Shown here: positions 42,200 through 55,128 of the stretch, in pieces
Numbering within the stretch: position 1 is the stretch's first letter
How the letters are laid out: every line of letters starts with the position of its first letter
Origin: Cycas panzhihuaensis
Taxonomy: Eukaryota > Plantae > Cycadophyta
Direction: 5' to 3'
Length of the DNA stretch: 64,000 nt
NCBI GenBank assembly: GCA_023213395.1
Contig: CM041465.1
Coordinates: forward strand, 161,889,741 to 161,953,740
Notes under the pieces: model-generated
Databases searched by the model: none
The model's input: only the letters and a program-made list of their open reading frames with translations
Told to the model about the DNA's origin: nothing
Program-made: the position numbers and the translations under genes

Positions 42200-44030
42200 A
42201 GCATCATCCTTAATTTGGCTTTATTTTTTTATAAACAAGTGTGGATATTATTATTACTTGTCACTCTATAACTCCCATGTTATCTCTTTTAGTGTTAGGT
42301 TCTTCCATTATACTTTCATTTATCTAAAGCTCCTATTTTACAACATTATTTTCCTTTAATCCAATATTCCTAAGGGTTCTTTATTAAAATCAATGCTTGG
42401 TCTAGTTATAAGATTAGTCCACTTAAATATATGCTTTGAGTCTAGCATATACTTTTTCAATAACAAAATATGAAACATGTAAATTGGTAAATTTGATGGC
42501 AAAGCTAGTTTGAAGGTAACATATCCAATTCATTCTAAAATCTTGAATAGACCATAGTATCTTAGTAAGCGTTTCTTGTATATATCTAAGCTAAGAGAAT
42601 TGTTCTTAGGTCTTACTCATAGAAATACATGGTCTCCAACATGAAATTCTCTGGCTATTCTCTTTAAGTCTACATAGCGATTTTTTCTTATCTTGGTAAC
42701 CTTTATCTACTATCTAATGTTGACTACTTACCTCTCCATCTTTTGTAGTATTTTTATCCCTAACATATACATGTCTTCCAAGTTCTCCCAATTAAGGGAT
42801 GTGTTTCACTTTCATTGATATAATACTTCAAATGGACTTGTGCATAAAGAGGAATGGATTGTATTATTATAGGCAATTTTTTTCAAATAAAGATGGTTTT
42901 CCTAATTAGTTGGTTGCTCCATTGTATACATCTAAAGTAAGTCTTCAAGTACCTAATGCACCATCTCTATTTATCCATTAGTTTTATGGTGATAAATTAT
43001 ATTGAGGTTTAACTTTGCAGCTAATTCTTAGAATAAAGAGAACACCAAAATTTTGAAGTAAAGTTGGCATCTCTATTAGATATAATAAATATAATCACAC
43101 CATGCAATCTTACTATCTCCTTCATGAAAATGGAAACAATATATAAAGTAGTGTGTATGGTCAAATTAAGATGAAATGTATTGACTTATCTAGTCTATCT
43201 ACTACCACCAAAATAGAATCATGTTATTAAGAACTCTTGGGTAATCATATGATAAAGTCTATAGTGATGGTCTCCCATTTGCATTTTAGAATATCTAAGG
43301 CTTGCAATAATCCTATAGGATGTCTACGTTTAGCCTTAACCTTTTGACATGCTAAGCATTTGGTTACATTGTTCATTATGTCATTCTCCATCCCAATCCA
43401 ATAAAATTCTTTCTTCATTGTTGCATAGGTCTTACAATAACCTATATGGCCTGCATATGGAGTAACATCAACCTCTTAGATGATCAATTGTTGAATGCTT
43501 GGATCTTATGGCATATAGATCCTTTACTGGTAGGTTAGTGTGATATTCTCCAGTACTCAATAACCTATATATTTTTACATTAGCCTAGTTTCTTCTTGAT
43601 TTTGAGTTTATTAGTCTTTATGGCTTCTATGGCATGCTTATAATACTCATCATTTTCACAAGATTTGAGATTGGATTCCATCAAAATTGATTGTCATATT
43701 CTATTGTAGAAATATATTGATATTGGCTTAATGCATCAACCACCTTATTTTATTGTCCTTTGATGCATTATCATTAAAAAATAAGTTTGCATCTATACTA
43801 CATCCACTTATGCTAAATTATATTTAGATGTGATTGTATGAATATGTGTTTGAGGCTATCATGGTCTATGTGAAGTTCAAAACTTTTTCCAAGTAAATAA
43901 TATTTCCATACCTTAAGTACATACACAACTATTATTGTCTCTAAATCATATGTGGGGTAGTTTTTTTATAGTCCTTTAATTTTCCAGATTCAAAAGAGAT
44001 GACTTAGCCATCCTGCATCTCCCTAATCCT
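42200..44030 (-). pseudogene. pol: Gypsy RNase H, integrase and chromodomain remnant (element G)
   Basis: YPTYDLE, NKVVDALS, TPYAGHIG, KWETITIDFI, DANFTSKFW, PFEVLY, HVSYF. Confidence 0.9.
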
Positions 44031-45969
44031 TGTTAAAAATGTAAATTTGCTATGATACCATGTAGAAAAATAAAATTAACAAAAAATAATAATGCACAAA
44101 TGAAAATAAGCAAACACCAAGATCACAATGATACCCTTAAGGTACCTTATATTAATACTAGAATAATGTTATAACAATATACAACATTGTTTAATATGAT
44201 ATATTAAGTATGCATCTATAATATATAACTTGGTTGTGTATGGGACCCACCATAAAATATCAATATTATAATAAAACTAATTGCATAAATATGTATTATA
44301 CATTACCTTATGAAGTGTGAACAAAGTCATTCTAACACTCCCCTATAATGTACATTTGAGAGCATAGATGTTGCTTTGAATTTACAACACTTGATCTTTA
44401 AAAATGACATGAAAACGATATCTAAAACTTGGTCTACAATTTGATCTTTAGCTTGTCTTTATTGTATCAACTCTTGAATGTAGTAATGATATTTGATTTT
44501 AATATACTTTATTATTCTTTATAAAACTAAGTTATTCATCATTTGTATAGTATTTTAATTATCAAATTGAATCTCTGTAAGTTCATTTTGATTTTGATGT
44601 AGATCTTGTAGTATCACTCTCAAATAAATTATTTCATAACCTTCTACTTTAACTTATTTATATTTTACTTTAGGTTTATCATTTTGAATCACTAAGGTCT
44701 TGCCATTCTCTTATCAAAATTTGAATCAAGAATATCTCTTGGATCATGCTCAGTTATAATTTGTTTATCTTCATCAACTTGCAAATCCTTCTTATTACTT
44801 GACTAATCAAAATCATCTTTTGAGACTTGTATACTTAAATTTTAATTAGTATTCAAAATAAGAATTTTACTTAAATTTGAATCATGAGTAACATCAATAG
44901 ATATAAGTAAATTCGATTCATCTTTAATCTCAAGTATAATATCTTTTGAAGTAATAAGAACATCAGTAGAAATAAGTAAAAAAACTTTGACATCTTGAAC
45001 TACTTAAACATAATCATTAGTGTATTCTTCATATTTAATAATATTAGTAGGTTTATCACACTCAACATATTTAATAGTAGTAGTCTCATTATTAGTCTCA
45101 TCTAATTCAATATTACATTTAGTTATAGTATTTTCACATTCATTAGTAGATTTATCAACAATGTTTTCAACCTTTTCATCATGTTCTTGACATACCTTCT
45201 CAATATATTCTTAACATGCCATCTCAAGGTGTTCTTAATATTCCTTAATATAAACTTTTATATTTGCTTGAGAATCTTGATCACCTATAGTTTCTTGAAA
45301 TTTTTCTTGAGAATCTTATGTTTAAAATTTTATTTCCTAAAAAATCTTAAAACTCCCCCCTCAAACTTGGATTAAACATTTGTTTCAAACTATCCTATGT
45401 TTTCTTGGTAGTAGCATAATACAGATAGGATAACACATCATCATCCAAAGTGGAATAAATCTAACCTAGTGCATAATAATTTTTTATTTTAAGTTCCTTT
45501 TTCTCTTTTTCTTAATCAGGTGTTAACTAAGTAGTGGGACAAATAGGTTTTGGAACTTTATATCCTTAAGAAATAATATCCCACAAGTCATTTATAATTA
45601 AATAGGGTTTTATGCCTCTTGACCACTCTAAATAATATTTTTAATTAAAAATTACCAAATTTAAAAAACTTACATAATCTGAAGAAGATGTTATCTTATA
45701 AATGAAAATCAACCATAATAGGTGCACAAGGATCACATCATACTTAGGATATCAACTATTATCTTTTATCCCTAAAATGCACATAAGATAGACCATATAG
45801 ACACATAGATCTTTTAATAAGATGATAGAAACCCTGTCCACAATTTTAGGACCTTCTTTTATATGTTAGTCCTTTATAGCACTCAATATGTAAATTACAA
45901 TAAATTCTTTAAAAAGATGTTTTATAATAGTCTTCTAAGGTTTAAAATTTAGTTACCTTAGTGTTAAGT

Positions 45970-48900
45970 TATTGAAGAAAATGACATTTAACCTTTAGCC
46001 CTTAGGATCTAATGGAGAATAATTCAACTAGCATATAAAGATAATTAGCATCTAACTCAGCAACTATGAACGAGTAAATAAGCAAGCATATGGTATATAA
46101 TCTTAAGCATAAGAAATACATAAATATGGAGGAGAAAAATATATTCCTTAGTATAAATAAATAAGAATAGCTTAGGTTAAAACTAATAGCAATATAAAAT
46201 AGTAACATTTTCTTATACACGATACATAAGATTAGCCTTAATATATAGAGTTAGAGGAGTGACCTTGGAGGGTTGCATGTTTAATAAATGTCAAACATAC
46301 AAGCTATGCTAGTTGGATTTGAGACAAATGTCCCTTGGGCTCTCTTATGAACAAAAGTATATGAGGGGCACATTAACCCTTAAGACACAACATTGTGCAA
46401 TTAGAAAGAATATAGGTATCTACTTTATCACAGTATGTAATAAGACACCTTTACACAAAGTATATAATATTACATTATAAAGTATACCACTTGATATTTA
46501 AACATAAAGGTTTAATACCATCCCTTAATATTTATAATATTAACTTAGACAGTAAGACCATCTCTAAATTTGTTAAACTTTTCTCTACCAAGTGACTTGG
46601 TAAAGATATTTGCTAATTGTTGTTCCATAGGCCTATAGAAGAGGTTGATCTCATCGTTCTGCACGTGCTCACTAATAACATAGTGATGAACCTCAATGTG
46701 TTTGGTCCTTGTATGAAAAACTAGATTCTTAGTTAACTTGGGTATACTTTAGTTATTATAATATAACTTAGTAGGGTGATCATGCTTAGGTATAATCTTA
46801 CTAAGAATCCTACTTAGCCAAATAGCCTTACAAGCTGTGTTGAATGCATCTTTATACTCTATTTCTATAGAGGACAAGGTAACATTAGGTTGCTTCTTGC
46901 AACTCCATGAAATAACTCTTGAACCAAGATAAAAATAATATCTTATAATTAATCTACAACTATCTTAGTATCCTAGAATCTGAGAACCCTTTTAAAATGA
47001 AGTTCTTATTATGTATATATTTAAAGCCATACCATAATATACCTTTGAAATATCTCAATATATATTTTATTACATTTTAGTATTCTTGATTAGGCTGAGA
47101 CATATACATGGAATAAATCCTAGCTGTAAATAAAATATTCGATTTAGAGTTAGTGAGATAGATTAGGTTACCTACTAGTTACCAATATAATGTAGAATTT
47201 ACTAGTGTTGCTTCATCATCAAGTGATAACTTAATGTTAGTCTCTATGGGTATAAGCGAATATTTGTAATTCTCCATTCTAAATCACTACAAAATATCCT
47301 AAGAATACTTGGATTTAGAAATGAAGATATGACCTAGGTGTTGCTACACCTCCATGCCTAAAAGACAATAGAGAAGTATAAGATCAGTCATCTCAAAACT
47401 CCTCTTAAGATCATCTTTGAGAATTTATATCATCTTAGTGTTATTTCTAGTGATTATTAAACCATCAATATACAAAATAATGAAGACAACATGGTTCTCT
47501 GTAACTTTTATGTATAAGTTAAGATTTGATGATGATTAATGATACATATATCTCAAAAAATAATCATTAATTTTATAATATCATGCTCTAGGGGGCTGCT
47601 TCAAACCATACACTACCTTCTTGAGGCAACATACCAAATATTCTTTACCATGTACAATGTATCTAAGAGATTACTTTAAATAAACCTCCTCTTAAAGATC
47701 GTTATTGAGAAAGATACTCTTCACATCCATCTAATAGATTAGCCACTTGCATTGAGCAATGAATCCCAACATAAGTCTAATGGTGTTTATATTTACCACA
47801 GCTACAAAGGTTTCCTCATAGTAAATGCCTTATTTTATTTAAATCCTTTTGCAATAAGTTAAGCTTTATGATGCTTGATTAGATCATCAAAGTGGTATTC
47901 GGATTTATATAACCATTTATAATTGATTACTTATTTATTTTTAGGTAATTCTACTAAATCCCAAGTTCCATTCTTTTTAATAGAATAGATTTCTTCATCC
48001 ATGATAGTTTTCCACTTTTTACTTTTATATGTCTCCTCAAAAGTATAAGGCTCATCTACACAAAACACTTTAGCCATAAGTGCATAGTTAATTATTTACT
48101 GCCTCATTTTAGATGGATATTTTCTTTTAATAACTTGATTATCCTTCATTATCTATATATACCATTTAGGTATCTTCTTTATGGATATAACTTGAACATC
48201 AATATCTTAATGGTTGATTAACAGAAGAAGTACTAGGATTAAGTGGAGTTGAAGCTAATGTAAATAAAGAAGCAATAGAAGTATATGATGAATATATTAT
48301 AGAAGATTGTGAGGGAAGGAAGTCCTCAATAATATACTTACATTTTTTTAAGAGGAGAATGGATGGATTCTTGTTCTAAATCCTCATTATTCTTAATAAA
48401 GATTACATCTCTAGAAATATGTATTTTCTTGGCAATAAGGTCATATACTTTATATGCTTTACTGTTAAGAGAATAACCAAGAGAAATACATTTAGGACTA
48501 TTATGTTCTAACTTCTTTCTTTGTTATGAAAGAATGTACATATAAGTAGGGCACCCAGAATCCCTCAATTAGCTAATAATTATCTTTTTCCCAGACCAAG
48601 CCTCCTTTGGTGTGATATCAGTGACTATTATAGTTGGTCTTCTATTAGCCATATAAGCTACTATGTGTAATGATTTTGCCTAATTAGAAAGAGGAATCCC
48701 TTTTAATACATCATTACTTTTATTTTTTTGGCCAAAATCCTATTCATCTGCTCAGATACTCTATTTTATTAAGTTGTATATAAAGTGGTGAGCTATCTTT
48801 TAATTCCATGGGATTTACAGAACTAATAAAACTCCCTTGAGGTAAATTCACCTCCATTGTTAGATCTTAATATTTTGATTGAAGATTATGACTTATTTTC

Positions 48901-51900
48901 CACCTCAAGTTTGAATTCCTTGAATTTTTCTAATGCTTTTAATTTATGCTTGATGAAATATACCCAAACCTTATGTAATGGGTCCACATAGATATGTGTG
49001 AACTAGTTGTAAAGGTTATGATGTATACCATGTATTACCTTTAGGAAAATACTCTCTATGTTATTTCTCCATAATACATACTTCACAAATATATTTTGAT
49101 GATGATATCTTTGGAAGCCCATATACTATATTTTGATTAAATATCATTTTAATGTTATATAGGTTTAAGTGGCCTAGTCTGTTCCACTAAAGTTATTATT
49201 TGGTTATAGATTATATGACAGAATAAGATAGTATAATATCAAGTGTAATATTTAATGCATCTAATTTGTAAAACCCATCGTATTCATGACCAATGGAAAC
49301 GACGTGATCATATTTATCACTAATAGCACATTTCCTACCTTTAAATAATATACTCATCTATTATTTATCTAGTTGACTAACATATAAGAGACTTTTCTGC
49401 ATTAAAGGTATTAAATAGGCATCTCTAGTGGGAAATATGGAAGGTAGTTTGGAGAATGAAAATGATAATTTTTCCTACTCCAAATATCTCAATTGATTTA
49501 TTATTGCTAAATGTAACTATCTACCCTCTTCTTTTTTTAATGTCATAAAGCAACTCATCATTACTTATCATGTGTTAAGATGCTCCTGAGTTAATGATCC
49601 ATGTACTATCACTTTGGGAGTTATTATAAGCACAAAATATTTTTTATTTAATGGTAAATTAGTTTGTGTAGTATTGGTTTCCACCTGTAAAGGCCCCCCT
49701 TCAACATTGACCTCCTTAAAATCCACCTTGATTTGGTCTAAGGGGTTGCTGTTATTATTATTTTTTATTCTACTATTAATGTAATTATTGTTGCCTATGT
49801 TATTAATATGGTTACTAAAATTACTATTGTTGTTGTATGTTAGATTACTTTTTTTGATGTTCAAGTGCAATGTGACCCATCTTTCCATAATAACAACATG
49901 TGACATTAACTTTTGATGTATTAATATTCATATTTCTAAACTATTTGTGAAGAGATTGATTAGGATTCTAATCGGCCTTATGTTTGACCATAAATGTACC
50001 TAATATTGATGATTCATCCTATCGAGAATATATTTGCTTCTCTCAAAATAAAAGACTTTCAAGTTCATTGAAAATCAATGTGCCAAGTGTGTCGTCTCTT
50101 ATAATTAAAGAGATGAAGCCCTTATACTCCTTTAGTAATATATGCAAAGTGGTAGTCACAATTTCATCCCTTGAAGTTGGTTTCTAAAGAGTATTCAACT
50201 CATTACTAATTTCTTTGATGGAAGACAAAAAGGGTGATATAGACTTAATAAATCTTAGAGTATACAACTTAGCTTTTGTTATAATAATATGAGCATCATC
50301 TCACCTTTTGTTTAATAAAATCAGAGTGTCCCAAGATTCCTTTAAAGTGTGAGCACAACTAATATTTTAATCAATATTTACATCAACAACTATATGAATA
50401 AAAGCCAAAGCTATTTTATTCTTAGCCTCCTAAGTAGCAACTAAAGTAGAATCAGACTGAATAATTACATTATTATTAGTTGGGTTTTTAGTTAGAATAG
50501 GTTTTGGATTCTTCCAAGATATAAATGCCCAAAACTCATTCATGATTAACAAATTTTATATTTGCCTTTTCCATTCTTTATAATTATTTTATCTATTTAG
50601 CTTTATGTTACATACATTAAGCATGTTAAGAGTAGCTATGATGTTAAAGTTATTTAAGGTTTCTTGAAGCTCGCAAATGACTTAGAGACTTAAAGCTTTC
50701 GTTGATTAAGTTTCACCTTCTAATACACTAGCAACCTTGATCTTACAAGGAAAATCCAACAACTGAAGAGAGTGATGAGGGGTGGAGGACTAAGTAAAGA
50801 GTTGGTCTAATCCTGATCTTTCTAAGTAGATCTAATAGTTGGCCAAGTCAAATCTAGAAGAAGGTTAGGTAGGGTTAATTTATATAGTTATACCATACTT
50901 TCCTTAGGATTCACTACCCTAATAACATCCTTTTTAAACCTCTTTTTCTCTAAGAGAATCTCAATTATCATGCACTGATTATATGGTTAGTAAGTCCCCT
51001 AAAGAATACACCAAGCTTAAGATTTTTGGAGGTAAGGTTTTAACCTTTTTCGGGCCTCTCCAACAAAATTTTTTAAAGCAATTTTTAATGATTAAAGTGG
51101 ACTTAGAGTGAATTGCACAAGTGACTGATGAAATGCTACTTTATAATGTTGATTAAAAAAAATCAATAAAGGGGCTTCAAATAAAGTTGATTAAGTACAT
51201 AAAACAACACTTAAAGTGTTCCAATAAAGCACTTAAAGAGAGTAAAAAAGTATTTAAGTATGAAATGAAGGTATGCTTACTTACTTATTGTACCTTAACT
51301 GGTTTTATTTTAATGCAAAGAAACAACTACAAAATACTGATTTTAGTGAAGTATGCTAAGAGATCAAGCTACTATAACAATATTAGGACTTTAAAATAAT
51401 ATTAACCAACCCTAAATAAAATGACTTTTTATTAAAATAAGTGATTTTTTTAAACCCTTTTTAACGACTAGGGCATAAAGGTCACCATGTAGGGAAACTT
51501 AAGAAACCTTGTACAATGTGAATTTTTCACCAAGGGTATAAAAAATGGACTAAAATCACTTGTTTTTAGTCATATAACTTATTTACATTTTTTTATGTAT
51601 TAATAAACTCAAAAAATTAAAAAAGGTTAAATTTTCACTTAGAAAAGTGATTAAACAAAATAAAAAATCACTTAACACATAAACTTTAGAAAATAAAGTT
51701 TATTAAAAGGGATATATTCTTAGCATATTCTAAATGATATAACCTAAAGTTATATTAATATAGCTCAAAAATAAATTTTTTGATTAAAAAGAAGAGAGCG
51801 GTAGTTGTGTGACTTTGAAAATGTTCAGGTGGATCAATCTTCTCGTACAATGATATGTTCCTCATGAAAATTTAGGTGAATCTTTGTATGGACTAGACAA

Positions 51901-53085
51901 AAGTATGTATAAATTTTTAGCTCATTTTATTCACTATGGAGAGAGTATGAATCAAAGGAATAATTTTTGGGTTGTACAATCATATGTAGTAAAACTGACA
52001 GTCATACACCAAAAAAATGATTCCTAAGTATTTTCCTTTCTCAAAGATTAATCTTCTAGAGTAGCAACAAGTCTACAAACCTTTAAATTTCAACCAGTAA
52101 TAGTATACAAAGAGAAATAAGGTTTTTATGCCAAAAACCACTAAAATAACCATGAGAAATCCACCCTACTAAGTGTGCATGTAGGTGCAGGTCATAGTTT
52201 GACTAAGTGAAGTAAAATTGGACTAATTTTTAGCTATAAAAGAGGGTCCTATAATGATTAGAAAATTGATTCTATAGAAAAATAGAGGAAAAATAGTGAA
52301 ATTATTGTATTTTCCTTATTGCATACCCTAAATACATTTCAATTTTTTTTCAAAAATTAAAACTAATTATTTTCATTCTACAAATATCTAAAAATAATGA
52401 AAATCTATAGAAAGATGACCCAAATCAGCCTTGGATTGTCTTTGAAGAGCAAAGGTCATCACCAAGGGTTTAGAACCCTCTTTCAAACCTAAGAACAATA
52501 AGTAATCCTTATCTACTAAACTCTAATATAAAATGTTGAAGATGATCGAATTTAACTTTCAACCCTTAGCATCTAATGGAGAAGAAATTAGCTAGCATAT
52601 GAAGATGATTAGTATCTAACTAGGCAGCTATGAATATGAATAAATAAGTAAGTATATAGTACAATAATCTCAAGTATAAGAAGGACATAAATGTGGAGGA
52701 GAAGGAATTATTCCTTACTCCAAATAGATAAGAATGACTTAGATTAAAACTAGTATTAACATAATAATATAGCATTCTCTCATACATGATATATAAGGAT
52801 TGGTCTTAATATATAAAGTTGGAGGAGAGACCTTTAAGGGTTATATGTTTAATAAATGTCAAATATGCAAGCTATGCTAGTTATATATAGGACATGTGTC
52901 CCTTGGGCTCTTTTTTTAGTACAAGTATATGAAGGGTACATTGACCCTCAACTCACAACATTGTACAACTAAAAAGAATGTGGATGTGTACTTTATCATA
53001 GTAAGTGATAAAACACCTTTATATAAAGTACATAATGTTACATTATAAAGTACATCACTTAATATTTAAACATAAAGGTTTAAGA
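45970..53085 (-). mobile_element. Element I: full-length degenerate Ty1/copia (~7.1 kb, ~550-bp LTRs)
   Basis: LTRs 45970-46517 and 52534-53085. PPT (rc CCATCCCTT) at 46518. Degenerate PBS at ~52519-52531. Perfect TSD TAAGT. Confidence 0.93.
46540..50630 (-). pseudogene. gag-pol: Copia gag-pol of element I
   Basis: Gag NYKEWKRQ..NEFW; protease WIINSGAS*HM (~49570-49602); integrase LRSNNGGEF; RT LYIDGL and FEMTDL; RNase H FHTRTKHIEVHH and ANIFTKSL. Confidence 0.9.
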
Positions 53086-54308
53086 TAAGTAATAGAGAAA
53101 TAGGCAAAAAGATTATATATAGGTTACAAAAGAAAATTTTATCTAGTTACCATATAGGGATCTAATATAAAGGCTCAAATTCAAACTAAAATTTCTCTAT
53201 GAACGTAGCACTAAAATATATCAAATTATATAGTAAAATAACCATCTCCGAAGTCATGATTCAAATGGTTTAGATAATTTAGAAAATATACTTCTAAAAC
53301 TCAAGATATTAAAGAAAATATACAGATAACATTTTGAAAAATAAACTTGACAAGTTAGGGTTTAACACCCTTTACTAAAATAGCAATAACTTTTGAACTA
53401 GATCTCTAAATTAAAAAATTATTTTTACTGAGTACTTTATGCTTCAAGCCATATTAAGTCAAAAAATATTTGAGGTCATTTGGATACCTGTAGGAATAGT
53501 TCTGGACTTTTTATTATGGGTCATAATTAAGGGTTTTAGGGACTATAATAATACCTATTACTAAAATATTAATAACATTTTTCTCTAGTATTTGATAGAT
53601 TTAAAACCACTTATAACAAAAAGTAGACACCAAGATACATAGATTCAAAAAATAAATTAAGGTCAATTAGATACATATAGTAAAATTTATGGCTATTTGA
53701 AGTTATAGTAGCATATTTTAGACCCCAAAGATAGTGACAGTAATTCAAAACTAAATTCCATGTAATTTTTGCACTTTAGCTCCAAAACCTATGGTATAAA
53801 GACTCAAAATTTATTATTATGTTTTAAAAAAAAAATTATTTATACTCTTGAAAATAAACTACAAATAATACATAAAATTTTTTTATATACTTAAGATTAG
53901 GGCTTTTGTCTTAAAGCCTAAATTAATAAATACAATATACCATAGATAACTAAAAAATAGGTTCTTTGAAGCCACCTCTATACAACACTAGTAAATAATA
54001 AACTTATAGAATAAAAAACTTATAATATATCTTACTTCTCATTGTACTTCACCTTGGCTTTGATACCATGTTATAAATGTAAATTTACTCTAATACCATA
54101 TAGAAAAATGAAATTAACAAAAAATAATGATGTACAAATAAAAATAAATAAACACTAAGAGCACAATGGTACCTTTAAGTATGTATTTATAATACACAAC
54201 TTGACTATACATGAGACCCACTACAAAATACCAACATCTTAATAAAATTAATTATACAAATGTGCATTACACTTTATCTCATAAAGTGTAAACCAAGCTA
54301 TTCTAACA

Positions 54309-55128
54309 AACCTTCCATATAAGCATTAGTGTATACTAAGAAGTCAAAGTTTAAATTAGGCACTATGAGAACTGGAGTTATAGTAGGTAAATGTTTCAAC
54401 AACTAGAACATTTACTCACATAGATCTATCTATATGAATTTAGTTCCCTTCTTTTGTAAAGAGGTAATTGGTCCTACAATTTTAGAAAAGTTCTCTACAT
54501 ACCTCTTGTAGTATCTTGCTAGCTTGATGCGACTTTTTACCTCATGTATATTTCTAAGTGATGGTTGTTCCATAATGGCTATAATCTTTTGGAGATCCAC
54601 TAAAATTCTTACTTTTGAGATGACATAGCCTAAATAGTATACCTTGTCTTTATAAAATTCATACTTGCTTAGCTCGGTATATACTTTATGCTCTCTAAGC
54701 AATTGTAATATAATCTTTAAGTGTTTTTCATGCTCTACTTTTGATTTTGAATAAATCAAAATGTTATCTATGAATATAATAATAAACTTATCCAAATATA
54801 TTTAGAATATATTATTCATTAGGCACATGAATATTTGAGGTGTATTAGTTAATCCAAATGATATAATTAGAAATTCATAATGCCCATACCTAGTCCTAAT
54901 AATAATTTGAAAGGCATCTTTCTCTTTGATTCAAATTCGATAATAGTATGATCTTAGGTCTATCTTTATAAATAGTCTAACTTCTTTTATTTAATAAAGT
55001 AAATCTTCAATCCTATGCAAGAAGTATTTGTTTTTGATAATTGCTTTATTCAACCACTAATAATCTATACATAATCTTAGAGTTATATTCTTCTTTTTCA
55101 CAAATAAGATTAGTGCTTACCATGACAA
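54309..55128 (-). pseudogene. pol: Gypsy reverse transcriptase core (element G)
   Basis: LRLCIDY, KIDLRS, RYGHYEFL, FGLTN, and ORF 54430-54795 FIIIFIDNILIYSKS (catalytic motif decayed to IDN). Confidence 0.93.

Larger units (their letters stand above)
44031..54308 (-). mobile_element. Element H: internally deleted non-autonomous copia; contains element I
   Basis: LTRs 44031-44337 and 54069-54308. PBS (rc GCTTTGATACCA) at 54057-54068. PPT (rc CTCCCCTAT) at 44338. TSD ATCCT/AACCT. Internally only a gag N-terminus (INDLWDII ~45580) and an RNase H tail (KYIKIKYHYIQE ~44470-44510). Confidence 0.88.

Noticed and set aside
50650-52520. Possible extra or env-like ORF in the long leader of element I (also leaders of B and D)
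   Set aside because: Only short AT-rich chance ORFs, located 5' of gag rather than after pol, with no motif support.
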